DNA of 64,000 bases from the NCBI RefSeq assembly GCF_009914755.1, contig NC_060925.1. One strand, given 5' to 3'. Under the pieces are notes generated by a model, which searched no databases, was not told the DNA's origin, and was given only the letters and a program-made list of their open reading frames with translations. Within the stretch, counting starts at the first letter, position 1; each line of letters opens with the position of its first letter. This document shows, piece by piece, positions 1 through 15,939 of this stretch. Made by a program: the position numbers and the translations under genes. Source of the DNA: the human T2T-CHM13v2.0 reference genome, Homo sapiens.

Positions 1-57
1 CGCCAGGCCACAGGCAGGAGCGTGACATTGCGGAGAAGAACTACCCTGGATTCCTGT
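1..57 (-). CDS. HYDIN2: 5' part of exon ~53 (QESRVVLLRNVTLLPVAW), cut by the window edge
   Basis: tgcag|A acceptor at 58-59; phase 2 start matches the previous exon. Confidence 0.9.
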
Positions 58-113
58 CTGCAGAGACAAAAGGAAAGTTGCAATTTCATTTCAAATTTTG
101 TAGTTTCATATGT

Positions 114-413
114 TTTTTTTTTAACTTTTGTTTTAGGTTCAGGGGTTCATGTGCAGGTTTGTTGTAGAGGTAAACTCATGTCATGGGGGTTTGCTGTACA
201 GATTATTCCATCACCCAGGTCCTAAGCCTAGTACCCAATAGTTATTTTTTCTCCTCTTCTCCCTCCTCCCACCCTCCACCCGCAAGCATCCTCAAGTGTC
301 TGTTGCTCCCCATTTTGTGCCCACTGGTTCTCATCACTTAGCTCCCACTTCCAAGTGAGAACATGGGGTATTTGGTTTTCCGTTCCTGCATTAGTTTGCT
401 AAGGATAATGGCC
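114..413 (-). mobile_element. Old L1PA (L1PA15/16-like) 3' end fragment
   Basis: L1 3'UTR motifs with a poly-T tail. Confidence 0.8.
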
Positions 414-431
414 ATAATCCTTAGCATATAG

Positions 432-744
<313 letters not shown>

Positions 745-754
745 AAGCATATGA

Positions 755-1142
<388 letters not shown>

Positions 1143-1490
1143 CATATTTTTACTTTGTGTTTCATTGAAAAAAAAATTCACATATAAGCAGACCCACCCA
1201 GTTCAAACCTGCATTGTTCAAAGGTCAACCGTATTTTCCTTTAGCACATTAAAAATGCCATTCTATTGTCTTCCAGCTTCCTTTGTTACTGATGAAGCGT
1301 CAGTCATATTGTATTTCATTTTATCCTGGCTGCTTTCAAGATTTTCTCTTAATTTCTGCTTTTAAGTAGTTGGACTAAACTTTGACTTAATGTGTTGACT
1401 TAATGTGTTATTTCTTGGTTATTAATCTATTATATAAAATAGGTGGAGTTGATATTATTAACCCCAGATGACCTATAAAAAACCTGAAAC

Positions 1491-1953
<463 letters not shown>

Positions 1954-1956
1954 TTA

Positions 1957-1983
1957 AATATATATATATATATATATATATAT
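1957..1983. repeat. (TA)n microsatellite within a probable old L1M fragment
   Basis: Direct reading. Confidence 0.9.
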
Positions 1984-2109
1984 TTTTGTCCCACTCTCTC
2001 TCTTTTCCTTCTGGGATTCCAATCACAAATATGTTAGTTATACTGCTTGATGTTGTCCCACTATTTACTGGGGTTCTGCTCATTTTTACCAATATTTTTC
2101 TCTCTATGC

Positions 2110-2185
2110 TTTTTTTTTTTTCGAGACAAGGTTTCACTCTATCACCCAGGCTAGAGTGTAGTGGCATGATCATGACTCACTGGAG
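2110..2185 (-). mobile_element. Alu 3' fragment
   Basis: poly-T followed by gagacaagggtttcactctatcacccaggctagagtg. Confidence 0.8.
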
Positions 2186-2772
2186 GTAAGAAAAAGCACT
2201 TTTGGTTACTTCAGTTATTACTTAGTTCTTTAATTAGTATTTATCAGGAAATGGGGCTGGTGGTGGTGATTAAAGAATGCAGGACACGTATCATAACAAT
2301 ATTCTCTCCCAGAAGCCCCAGAAATAAACATTTTTCTATTTAGAATAATAATACCAATTCCAATAATAATTCCAATTAATGAATATGTAAGTTCTAGTTT
2401 CGGTCTAATGTTCTGCTTCTACTCTAACTTCTAGAGCAAAGATTCTTAACCTCTTGGGCAATAGACTGCTTTGAGAATCTGAAGAAAGCTGGTCCTTCTG
2501 CAGAAACACAGACATACGCATATTTTGGTAGTTGATCTTAGGGGGGTCCTTGGCCCTGCTGAAGTTCATCCACTGAACCCAAGTTAACAATCTGTTAATT
2601 AAATAGGTTTACTAACCATCCTGGTTTGCATAGGACCAAGGAGTTTCCCAGGGTGCAGAACTTTCAGTGCTAAAACCAGGAGAGTCTGGAGTAAATCAGG
2701 ATGAGTTGGTTACCCTAGAACTAAACGCTCTTTAAATTCCCTTCCAGTCCTGACATGATCTAGAACTCTGAC

Positions 2773-2945
2773 CTGTGCAGCAAGAGCCGGTCAAAATGTA
2801 ATTGCCTGGGTTCCAGCTCTAGTTCCGGGCGGATCCCCTGGCAGCTTAATTGGAAGATGGCTGGCTCTGGGTTGTCATTGATGCAGCAGACAATGCTGTC
2901 TTCAAAGACACCAACTGAAGTAGGGTAGGCCCATACGTTTAATAT
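2773..2945 (-). CDS. HYDIN2: Exon ~52 (ILNVWAYPTSVG...DRLLLH), 173 nt
   Basis: atcag|ATA acceptor, AG|gtcaga donor; 107-nt upstream intron; hand-translated, no stop. Confidence 0.92.
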
Positions 2946-3052
2946 CTGATGGAAGGAAAAGTCAAAAGAAAGTACATTTACACCAAGGATGCCAAGGCCT
3001 CAAATTTCCCAAGAAAGCCTTGCCCTGGTGACTTGTGTCCACATGACCGTAC

Positions 3053-3212
3053 CTGCTTCTCATTGGGTTTCAGGACCATGGTGTTGGGTTCCAGGAAGTA
3101 CGTGTTTGCTTTGACATCATTCTGAAAATAGAAGGATGCCTCCACCACCATTAAGGAAGTGTTCAGGATTGTTAGCGTCTCCATGTTGCCTGGGAATAAG
3201 GATGACTTGTAC
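3053..3212 (-). CDS. HYDIN2: Exon ~51 (YKSSLFPGNM...PNEKQ), 160 nt
   Basis: cccag|G acceptor, CAG|gtacgg donor; phase 2 to 0. Confidence 0.93.
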
Positions 3213-3563
3213 CTGGGGATGAACAAGAATGGGGTTAAGGGTATGAAGACTGAATGAGAATGCAGGTGGAAAAGAAGGCTGTGATGAGAAAGGCAATTCA
3301 GAGGGACAGTGTGGCTGCATGGAGGCAGTGGCATGGTGGCTAAGAACATGAGATCTGTAGTTGTGCAGACTTGCCTTGGAGAATAAATGCTACACTGTGA
3401 CTTGACTCCCTCAAGCCTTGGTCTCCTTATCTCTAAAATGAGGTGATAATACCACTTAGGACTGCTGAGTAGGAAGTGAGATCACACATCTAAAGCTCTC
3501 AGGACAGCTGTGGATAGCAAATGCCCAGTGAATGTTAGCTATGATTATTGCAAAGAATCCTGA

Positions 3564-4014
<451 letters not shown>

Positions 4015-4414
4015 TGACATGAATTCATTTGGCCTTGTTCACTGTTAGGAGGCAGTTTCTGTTCCTTAGTACCTTAAGGAGAGATCTGCAGAGTTGAGCA
4101 CTGTGGGCACTGAGGGAGACTCAGTTAATAGTAACAGAGCGAAGCAAACCAGAAGGCCCAAGGGAAAAAGAGGCACATCATCAGAGGTCATGGCACAGGC
4201 TAGGAAAGCAGAAACACTCTGAAAAAGGTTTTAGATAGGCCATGATGGAGGATGAAAGGAGAGAGAATGACAGAGACCAAATGAGAGTCAGAGAAACAGA
4301 GAACACTCCGTATGAATATCTGCCAAAGGGGTGCCGCCTTCTCACTTAACCGCTAATCACTTCCATCCGGCACTGTGCTAAAGGCTCCAGGTGCGTTACC
4401 CAGTTCAGTCCTCA

Positions 4415-4793
<379 letters not shown>

Positions 4794-6494
4794 AATGAGT
4801 GAATAATACCCAGTTGTACTGGAACTTATTTTGGATTACCGTAGTCACTGTCCTTCCCACATCAGTGTCATCTCGCCCAACATCCTGGTTAATTCCAATG
4901 CTGCCCCAAACATGTGCCTCTTTGAACAACCATCATTTCCCTGACTCCCACTCCCAGACTGTTCTGTACCTCATGTCCATCAACCTGACCATACTTTTCC
5001 CTCCTAAGCCCTCCTGTCCGGCTTTGAAGATCTTCTCCATCATCAGCAAATTCCCTTCATCTTCAATTTTTAATCCAGCATCTCAGGGAATAAAGTGGAG
5101 GTGATAAGGGAATGGAGGACAAAGATGGCCCATAAGCTGCACCGAGAAAGCCCAGAAATTAACACCCTCTACTTAGCACAAGAAACATTGTATTGAATGA
5201 AGACATGGTGGAGACCTTGGTTCCAGTTTTGGTTTCACTCCCTGCCTATATGATAAGAAATTTGTATATAACTGAAAAAAACTAGTATCGCTAAGAATGG
5301 CTGATCATCAGTCTCACCTGTGGGTCCCCAATTCTGCCTAAAAATCTCAGTCTGTTTCTCTAACATGCTCCCTCTCCTACTTTCCACAAAAACTGTTTTT
5401 CATACCCCCTCTATTTCCTCAAGATTTTAAACTTTCGCCACTCCCCTCACTTGCAAGGGATGACCACACATCATTTGTCAAGGAGAAAAAGACATGATTG
5501 CGTAGGAGTCTCCTCACCCTTCCAATCAAATTGTAAACCTACCTTCTGCAATGCCATCTCGCCTTTCTCCCCGTTGGCATGCAGTGACAGTCCCTCTTCC
5601 TGGCACAAGCCAGCCTCCCCACATCCCACTGTGTTGTCTCAAGGAGCTATGCCATTGATGGCCCTTCCCATCTCCTGAAATTCCAACCTCTTCCTTCCAT
5701 TTCCTCTCGGCATGCAAGCCTCATAAGAATAACAGCGCACGAACAGCCTGCCCTGCGCTCCAGGCTTTCCTCCCATCTCCCTTCAGAGCCAAGCTTCTCC
5801 AAAGAGTTATCTTCTTCACATCTGACTTCTCACTTCACTTTGCTTGGGCACAGAACTCTTGCTAAGGCCCCTAGTGACCTCCATGTTGTTGAACCCTGTG
5901 GACATCTATGCCCTCATCCTTCTGCCCTCTCCTCAGTATTCAATGTAGCAACCATGTCCTCTCTTCATGGCTCCATAACACTGGTCTTTTTGGTTTCCCC
6001 AATAGCGCTAGCTCTCTTTCTCATCTCCTTGCTCCTCCTTTTGTGCATATTGGAGTTATTCAGGGCTTCTTTTCTTCTTACCTGTACAGCCCTCTCTCAG
6101 GCAATCTCATCTACGTCTGTGGCTTTTGTTGCCTTGAAGAGTGATCTCTCCTTTGAGAACCAAAGCTGTATAACCTATTCTCTGCTTCATGTAACTACAG
6201 AAATATCTTCCCAGCCTCTTAAACTGAACATAAGCTAAAGCAAACTCTTGATCCTACCCTGATCAAGCCTGAAACCTCTCCTAGGCCTTCCCATATGGGA
6301 ACATGGCACCCTTATTCCTCTGGGTGTCCAGCAGGGAGTTGGGACACAAGAACCCAGTTCTCCTGATTTGTGGTTGGGGCTAAGAGAGGCAGCATTAGTA
6401 AAAGCTACATCTATGTACACAGGAATCCTACTTGCACTGTTCATGAGCCCAACCCAGCAGTCTGAAATCTGCTTTAAAATAATGGAACACTTAC

Positions 6495-6614
6495 TTATCT
6501 CTTGATTTTCCACAAAGTAGTGGCCCAAAGTAGTACGTCTCCGTGCTCATAACATACTTCTTAAAGATGACCTCATTTGTCTTCATGTCCATCTTCCGCT
6601 GAGGAAATACCACT
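6495..6614 (-). CDS. HYDIN2: Exon ~50 (VVFPQRKMDM...GKSRD), 120 nt
   Basis: ttcag|A acceptor, AA|gtaagt donor; hand-translated, no stop; not in the ORF track. Confidence 0.92.
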
Positions 6615-7374
6615 CTGAACACAGGAGGGGAAAAGGTGAGGAGAGGCTGCCTGAACAGAAGTTTGATGCTGCCACGTGATGTTTACATAAACCCAATATT
6701 CCCTGCTCAACACGGGATCCGGGCATCTGGAGACAGAGTGACTCTTCTTTGTCCCAGCTCCTTCCCACCACCAGAGAAGACAGTATGAAATGAACTTGAA
6801 AAAAAAAGACTCCCAGTGGTGTCTTCTATAATGAGGAGCGGTGACAGAGCTGAGTCAGATATTCTGTCCCAGTGCACCCAGCTGAAAACATTCCTGAGAA
6901 TCCCTATGGAAAATTGGTTCTGGGAGATATGAATTAGCTTCTGAGTCCCTTGGTCTAATATGGCCAGTTGCTCAGCCAGGTGCTTTTCTGTAGTGTAGGA
7001 GCTCTACAGTGGTGTTCAGTAGCTTGGAAAAATTTCACCCATGCAGAGTCACACATGGTTTCTATACTACAGGATAGAACTGCTTTAAATTTGCTTAATA
7101 GTTAAATAAGCAAACTAATTTGCCAAAGGAAGACTTTTTTCCTCCCCCTTTGCACCTATGATCATTCTCTTTATTGCAGTCTGGGAATCCTGGTAGTATC
7201 ATGTCCTCCCTGTGGCTCTTGGTCAATATTCAAGACATGGAAGCTGATACGACAAGAGGGGCTGGGGTGCTGCCCCAGCTCCACGTTATGGTAAGAGCCA
7301 CCTTGTTCAAAGTGCCATGGAGTAAAATGAAAACACATCTGTCAACCTTTTCTTTTAAAATGAAACACACTTAC

Positions 7375-7557
7375 TTTGGGTCTTGGCAAATGTATGGGTA
7401 AGTGCAGATGCCTCGGCAGTAGAGCTGGTACTGGCAGCAAGTTCCTAGGATCTCAAAGTTAAAGGTTTGGTCAAAGTTCCCGAACTCATCAGAAGAGAAG
7501 TGCACCTGCAACGTTACCTCGCCATTGGCTGGCACGATCCACCGGAAGTGATTCAGT
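7375..7557 (-). CDS. HYDIN2: Exon ~49 (LNHFRWIVPANG...ICQDP), 183 nt
   Basis: tgcag|A acceptor, AA|gtaagt donor; phase 2 to 2. Confidence 0.93.
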
Positions 7558-7775
7558 CTGCAAATGACCACACAGGTTTATAAAGTGAGAGTGCTCCCCT
7601 CTGGCCAAGAGAAGACAGGAGAGCTGCCTGGAAGTCCTGTCCTGTTGGGGTAGGCATGGTGGCCCCTGGAGCCCCACAGGCAGGACAGCTCTGTTCCCCT
7701 CCAGTGCTGTGACAGTCACACCCTCAGTGTGGGCTTTGGCCCAGATTCCCCTCCCTGGGTTGCTGGAAGGCCCAC

Positions 7776-7984
7776 CTGGTGAATTTCTCCTGGGAGTGCT
7801 GCCCGTTGAAGTTGTCCAGGTCTGTATCTGACAGCTGGGAAATGGTTCCAGCAGGTTCCCCAGAAAGGACCTTCCTGTTTAAGGCCATGTGACGCTTGTC
7901 TTTCTGACTCTCGAAGACTTGGTCTATCTTTTCTTTCATTTTCTGTTTGCCCCCCTTAGATGAGCTGGTCTGCTCCTCTTGAGC
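7776..7984 (-). CDS. HYDIN2: Exon ~48 (AQEEQTSSSK...QEKFT), 209 nt
   Basis: ttaag|GCT acceptor, AG|gtgggc donor; phase 0 to 2. Confidence 0.92.
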
Positions 7985-8811
7985 CTTAATTAAAAACGAG
8001 CATGAGGTCTTAAATATTCACTTTTTGTACACACACACAGAAGACAGAGATGGCCACATGTCTGTCATCTGGGGAGATGGTGCTGCAGGGTCAGGAAGGC
8101 TAGAGCAGGGCAGGGTCTAGTCTTGGGTAGTGACAAGACCAGTGCATTCCTTGGCACCCTAGTCCCTCAGAAGGAGGATGAAACCCTAGAGAAAGCTGGA
8201 AGCTGGAGGGTGTGCGTGGAACTCAAGTCTTAGCTCCTGGCAGAACCCACAATGGACAGCGGGGATTGTAGCCTTCTTGGTACCACTAAGCCAGTTATCC
8301 CCATCTGCTTGCTGTCTACTTCCTAATATTTTGTTGGCATATACCCCTCACCACCAGCTCTCTCTCCTTCTCTTTATTCTTAGAATTATACGCGAAAAGA
8401 AAATCTTACTGTTTTGGGAGAGGTAGAGATAAACATGTGTTTAATCTGCTGTGTTTAATAAGAAGTTCCCATTTTTCTAGTGGTATTTTCATGTTTCCTG
8501 ATCAAAAAAAATTTTTTGCCTTTAATTTATTTATCATTTCCACCATCTTTTAAAAAAGAAAACTTTAAGAGTTGAAGGCCTGGTACAGTAATAACTAGTT
8601 TTAACAGTTGCCACTTTTTCTCCTGAGCCATTTGAAGATACCTTGCAGACATGATGACTCCTTGCCTCTAAATACACCTCCTCAAGAAAGGACTTTCTCC
8701 TGCAATCCTGCACAATACTGTCATCACACCTAAGAAAATGAACAATAATTCCACACTATCGTTCTGGCACACAGTCTATATTAAAATTTTCCTATTTGTC
8801 TCAGGCATGTC

Positions 8812-9117
<306 letters not shown>

Positions 9118-9200
9118 TCAGGCATGTCTTTATTTATAGACATTGTTTCCCAAATAAGTATTAATCAAAGTTCCTATATTGTGTTTTGTTATGTTTCTTT

Positions 9201-12200
9201 TTTAATTTTTTATTATTTTTCTATTTTTTATAGGTTATTGGGGTACAGGTGGTATTTGGTTACATGAGTAAGTTTTCTGGTGGCGATTTGTGAGATTTTG
9301 GTGCACCCATCACCCGAGCAGTATACACTGCACCCTATTTGTAGTCTTTTATCTCTTGCCCTCTCCCACCCTTCCCCCCAAGTCCCAAAGTCCATTGTAT
9401 CATTCTTATGCCTTTGTGTCCCCATAGCTTGGCTACCACATATCAGTGAGAACATACGATGTTTCCCATTCCTGAGTTACTTCACTTAGAATAATAGTCT
9501 CCGATATCATTCAGGTAGCTGTGAATGCCGTTAATTCATTCCTTCTTATGGCTGAGTAGTATTCCTTTGTGTATACATATACCACAGTTTCTTTATCCAC
9601 TTGTTGACTGATGGGCATTTGGGATGGTACCACCATTTTGCAATTGTGAATTGTGCTGCTATAAACATGTGTGTGCAAGTATCTTTTTCGTATAATGACT
9701 TCTTTTCCTCTGGGTAGATATGCAGTATCTAGATCCAGATCTGCTGGATCAAATTGCAGTTCTACTTTTAGTTCTTTAAGGAATGTCCACATTGTTTTCC
9801 ATAGTGGTTGTACTAGTTTACATTCCCATCAGCAGTGTAGAAGGGTGTTTCTTGATGCACCGCATCCATGCCAACAGCTACTGTTTTTATTTATTTATTT
9901 ATTTTTTATTTTTTGATTATGGTCATTCTTGCAGGAGTAAGGTGGTATCACATTGTGGTTTTGATTTGCATTTCCCTGATCATTAGTGATGTTGAGCATT
10001 TTTTCATATGCTTGTTGGCCATTTGTATATCTTCTTTTGTGAATTGTCTATTCATGTCTTTAGCCCACTTTTTGATGGGATTATTTGTTTTTTTCTTGCT
10101 GATTTGTTTCAGTTCATTGTAGATTCTGGATATTAGTCCTTTGTCAGATGTACAGATTGTGAAGATTTTCTCCCACTCTGTAGGTTGTCTGTTTACTCTG
10201 CTGACTGCTACCTTTGCCATGCAAAAGCTCTTTAGTTTAATTAAGTTCCAGCTAATTATCTTTGTTTTAATTGCATTTGCTTTTGGGTTCTTGGTGATAA
10301 AATCCTTGCCTAAGCCAATGTCTAGAAGGGTTTTTCCAATGTTATCTTCTAGAATTTTTATAGTTTCAGGTCTTAGATTTAAGTCCTTAATCCATCTTGA
10401 GTTGATTTTTGTATAAGGTGAGAGATGAGGATCCAGTTTCATTCTCCTACATGTGGCTAGCCAATTATCCCAGCACCATTTGTTGAAAAGGATGTCCTTT
10501 CCCCACTTTATGTTTTTGTTTGCTTTGTCGAAGACCAGTTGGCTGTAAGTATTTGGGTTTCTTTCTGGGTTCTCTATTCTGTTCCATTGGTCTATATGCC
10601 TATTTTTATATCAGTAACATGCTGTTTTGGTGACTATGGCCTTATAGTATAGTTTGAAATCAGGTAGTGTGATGCCTCCAGATTTGTTCTTTTTGCTTAG
10701 TCTTGCTTTGGCTATGTGGGCTCTTTTTTGGTTCCATATGAATTTTATAATTTTTTCCTAATTCTGTGAAGAATGATGGTGGTATTTTGATGGAAATTGC
10801 GTTGAATTTGTAGATTGCTTTTGGCAGTAAGGTCATTTTCACAATATTGATTCTACCCATCCATGAGCATGAGATGTTTCCATTTGTTTGTGTCATCTAT
10901 GATTTCTTTCAGCAGTGTTTTGTAGTTTTCCTTGCAGAGGTCTTTCACCTCCTTGGTTAGGTATATTCCTAAGTATTTTATTTGTTTTTTTGCAGCTATT
11001 GTAAAAGAGGTTGAGTTATTGATTTGATTCTCTGCTTGGTCATTGTTGGTGTATAGAAGAGCTACTGATTTGTGTACATTAATTTTGTATCCAGAAACTG
11101 CTGAATTCTTTTGTCAGTTCTAGGATCTTTCTAGGGAGTCTTCAGGGTTTTCAAAGTAAATGACCATGTCATCAGCAAACAGTGAGAGTCTGACTTCCTC
11201 TTTGCTGATTTGGATACCCTTTATTGCTCTCTCTTGTCTGATTGTTATGGCGAGGATTTCCAGTACAATGTTGAAGAGGAGTGATGAGAGTGGGCATCCT
11301 TGTCTTGTTCCAGTCCTTGGAGGGAACACTTTCAACTTTTCCTCATTCAGTATTATGTTGGCTTTGGGTTTGTCACAGATGGCTTTTTTTACATTGAGGT
11401 GTGTTCCTTGTATGCTGATTTTGCTGAGAGTTTTAATCATAAAGGGATGTTGGATTTTGTCAAAGGCTTTTTCTGCATCTATTGAAATGATCATGTGATT
11501 TTTGTTTTTAATTCTGTTAATGTGGTATATCACATTTATTGACTTGCATATGTTAAACCATCCCTGAATCCCTGGTATGAAACCCACTTGATCATTGTGG
11601 ATTAACTTTTTGATATGCTGTTGGATTTGATTAGCTAAATGTTAAGGATTTTGGTTAGCTAAATGTTAAGGATTTTAGCATCTATGTTCATCAGGCATAT
11701 CGGCCTGCAGTTTTCTTTTTTTGGTTGTGTCCCTTCCTGGTTTTGGAATTAGGGTGATGCTGGCTTCGTAGAATGAATTAGGGAGGGTTCCCTCTTTCTC
11801 TATCTTGTGGAATAGTGTCAATAGGATGGGTATCCATTCTTCTTTGAATGTCTGGTAGAATTCTGCTGTGAATCCATCTGGTCCTGGACTTTTTTTTGGT
11901 GGTAATTTTTAAATTACCATTTCAATCTCACTGCTTGTTACTGGTCAGTTCAGGGTATCTAGTTCTTCCTGATTTAAGCTAGGAGGGTTGTATTTTTCCA
12001 GGAGTTTATCCATCTCTTCCAGGTTTCCTAGTTTGTGAGTGTAAAGGTGTTCATAGTAGCCTTGAATGATCTTTTGTATTTCTGTGGTGTCAGTTGTAAT
12101 ATCTCCTGTTTGTTTCTTATTGAGGTTATTTGGATTTTTCTCTCTTCTTTTCTTGGTTAATCTTGCTAACGGTCTATCAATTTTATTTATCTTTTCAAAG

Positions 12201-15200
12201 AACCAGCTTTTTGTTTCATTTATCTTTCGTATTGCTTTTTTTTTTGTTTCAATTTCATTTAGTTCTGCTCTGACCTTGGTTATTTCCTTTCTTCTGCTGG
12301 GTTTGGGTTTGATTTGTTCTTGTTTCTCTAGTTCCTTGAGGTGTGACCTTAGATTGGCAGTTAGTGCTCTTTCAGTCTTTTTGATGCGGGCATTTGGGGC
12401 TATGAGCTTTCTGCTTAGCATCACCTTTGCTGTATCCCAGAGATTTTGATAGCTTGTGTCATTCAGTTCCATGAAGTTTTAAATTTCCATCTTGATTTTG
12501 TTTTTGACCCACTGATCATTCGGGAGCAGGTTATTTAATTTTCATGTATTTGCATGGCTTTGAAGGTTCCTTCTGGAGTTGATTTCCAGTTTTATTCCAC
12601 TGTGGTCTGAGAGAGTGCTTGATATAATTTCAATTTTCTTAAATTTATTGAGGCTCATTTTGCGGCCTATCATATGGTCTATCTTGGAGAAAGTTCCATG
12701 AACTGTTGAGTAGCATGTGTATTCTGTGGCTGTTGGATGGAATGTTCTGTATGTATCTGTTAAGTCCATTTGTTCCAAGTTATAGTTTAAATTCATGTTT
12801 CTTTGTTGACTTTCTGTCTTGATGGCCTGTCTTGTGCTGTCAGTGGAGTACTGAAGTCCCCCACTATTATTGTGTTGCTGTCTATCTCATTTCTTAGGTC
12901 TATTAGTAATTGTTTTACAAATTTGGGAGCTCCAGTGTTAGGTGCATCTGTGTTTAGGACTGTGGTATTTTCTGGTTGGACAGGGCTTTTACCATTATAT
13001 AATGTCCCTCTTTGTCTTTTTAAACTGCTGTTGCTTTAAAGCTCATTTTGTCTGATATAAGAATAGCTGTCCCTGCTCTCTTTTGGTGTCCATTTGCATG
13101 AAAGCCTTTTTCCACCCTTTTACTTTATGTGAGTCCTTATATGTTAGGTGAGTCTCTTGAAGGCAGCAGATAGTTGGTTGGTGAATTCTTATCCATTCTG
13201 CAGTTCTGTATCTTTTAAGTAAAGCATTCAGGCATTTACATTCAATGTTAGTATTGAGATGTGAGGTACCATTCCATTAATTGTGCTATTTGTTGCCTGT
13301 GTACCTTGGTTTTTTGCTTTTTTGTTTTTTTTTAATTGTATTTTTGTTTTATAGGTCCTGTGAGGTTTATGCTTTAAAGAAGCTCTGTTTTGATGTGTTT
13401 CCAGGATTTGTTTCAAGATTTAGAGCTCCTTTTAGCAGTTCTTATAATACTGGCTTGGTAGTGGCAAATTCTCTCAGCATTTGTTTGTCCAAAAAAGACT
13501 GTATCTTTCCTTCATATACGATGCTTAGTTTTGCTGGATACAAAATTCTTGGCTGATACTTCTTTTGTTTGAGGAGTCTGAAGATAGGGCCCCAATCCCT
13601 TCTATCTTGTAGGGTTTCTGCTGAGAAATCTGCTGTTAATCTGATAGGTTTTCCTTTGTTGATTATGTTGTTTTTGTCTCACAGCTCTTAAGATTCTTTC
13701 CTTCGTCTTAACTTTAAATAAGCTGATGACAATGTGCCTAGGTGATGATCTTTCTGTGATGAATTTTCCAGGTGTTCTTTGTGCTTCTTGTATTTGGATG
13801 TCTAGGTCTCTAGCAAGGCTGGGGAAGTTTTCCTCGATTATTCCCCCAGATATGTTTTCCAAACTTTTAGATTTCTCTTCTTCCTCAGGAACACTGATTA
13901 TTCTTAGGTTTGGTCATTTAACATAATCCCAGACTTCTTGGAGGCTTTGTTCATATTTTCTTATTCTTTCTTCTTTGTCTTTGTTGGATTGGGTTAATTA
14001 GAAGATCTTGTCTTTGAGCTCTGAATTTCTTTCTTCTACTTGTTCAATTCTATTGTTGAGACTTTCCAGAGCATTTTGCATTTCTCTAAGTGTGTTCAAT
14101 ATTTCCTGAAGTTTTGATTGTTTTTTATTTATGCTGTGTATTTCATTGAATATTTCTCCCTTCACTTCTTCTATCATTTTTTGGATTTTCTGGAACTGGG
14201 CTTCACCTTTCTCTGGTTACTCTCTGATTGGCTTAATAACTAACCTCCTGAATTCTTTTTCAGGTAAATCAGGGATTTCTTCTTGGTTTGAATCCATTGC
14301 TAGTGAGCTACTGTGATTTTGGGGGGCTACTAAAGGGTCTTGTTTTGTCATATTATCAGAGTTGGTTTTCTGGTTCCTTCTTATTTGGGTAGGCTCTGTC
14401 AGAGGGAAAGTCTATGGCTGAAGGCTGTTGTTCAGATTCTTTTGTCCCACAGGGTGTTCCCTTGATGTAGTATGCTCCCCCTTTTCCTATGGATGTGGCT
14501 TCCTGAGAGCCGAGCTGTGCTGATGGTTATCTCTCTTCTGGGTCTAGCCACCCAGCAAGTCTACCAGGCTCTGGGCTTGTACGGGGGTTGTCTGCACAGA
14601 GTCCTGTGATGTGAAACATCTATGGGTCTCTCAGTCATGGACACCAGCACCTCTTCTGGCGGAGGTGGCAGGGGGGTGAAATGAACTCTGTGAGGATTCT
14701 TAGCTTTGGTGGTTTAATGCTCTATTTCTGTGCTGGTTGGCTTCCTGATGGGAGGGGGCACTTTCCAGAGACCATCAGCTGTGGTAATATGGAGAGGAAG
14801 GAACCAGTGGTGGGTAGTGCCCTAGAACTCCCAAGAATATATGCCCTTTGTGTTCAGGTACCAGGGTGGGTAGGGAAGGACCATCAGTTGGGGACAGGGC
14901 TAGGCATGTCTGAGCTCAGACTCTCTTTGGGCTGGTCTTGCTGTGGCTGCTGTGGAGGATGGGGGTGAGGTTCCTAGGTCAATGGAGTTATGTACCTAGG
15001 AGGATTATGCCTCCCTCTGCTGAGTCGTGCAGGTTGTCAGGGAAGTGGGCAAAAGCCAGCAGTTACAGGCCTCACGCAGCTCCCATGCAATCCAAAGGGC
15101 TGGTCTTACTCCCACCATGCCCCCACCAACAGCATTGAGTCTGTTTCCAGGCAGTGGGCAAGCAGGGCTGAGAACTTGCCCCAGGCTACCCACCACCCAG

Positions 15201-15801
15201 CTGTGAAAGCAAGTATGGCTTTAGTTCTTCCCCTGCCTGTGGAGTCTGCATGCTGGATTTGTGCCCTTCCCAGAGTCCTGGCCAGGAGGCTTCTCGTCCA
15301 GTTCAAATTGTTACAAAGTTCAGCTGGAGACTTCCTTCTCCCTGTGGCATTTTCCCTGGGCCTCTGGCTGTCCTCCTGAAAGATCCCTGTGATGCCAGAC
15401 AGGAATGGCCTGCTTGGGGACCTAGGGAGCTCCCAGGGCCTTTCCTGCTGCTTCCTCTAACCCTGTATTTTGCTCAACTCTCTAAATTGACTCAGCTCCA
15501 GGTAAGGTTGGAATCTTCTCCTTTAAACTAGACCTTCAGTTTCCCCAGTTGGGGTGTGTATCCAGGGGCGGAGGATCTTCCTTTCCCACTTCTGCAGTTT
15601 GGGCACTCACAGTATTTGGGGTGTCTCCTGGGTCCTGCAGGAGCAGTCTGCTGCTTGCTTCAGAGGGTCTGTGGTTCCCTTCAGGTTTCTTGATTTATTC
15701 CTGCAGTTGTTCTGGAGCTAAAATTCACAATGCGAGACTTGCTGCTCTGTCCACCCGAGTTGGAGTTGCATCCAGTCCTGCCTCCTGTCTGCCATGATCT
15801 C
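9201..15801 (-). mobile_element. Full-length, degenerate L1PB (L1PB1/L1PBa-type), ~6.6 kb
   Basis: Collinear ORF1/ORF2 fragments in the ORF track; 5' end GATCATGGCAGACAGGAGGCAGGACT; 12-bp TSD ttatgtttcttt at 9189 and 15802. Confidence 0.93.
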
Positions 15802-15939
15802 TTATGTTTCTTTAGTATCTTTCAATCTAGACCCTCCTGCCCCCTCTCCCAATCACACTGCCTTTTTAGAGAGACCAGATTTGTGTTCTTACAAAATACT
15901 CCATAGTCTGAATTCTTCTGAGCATTCTTACGTGCCATT

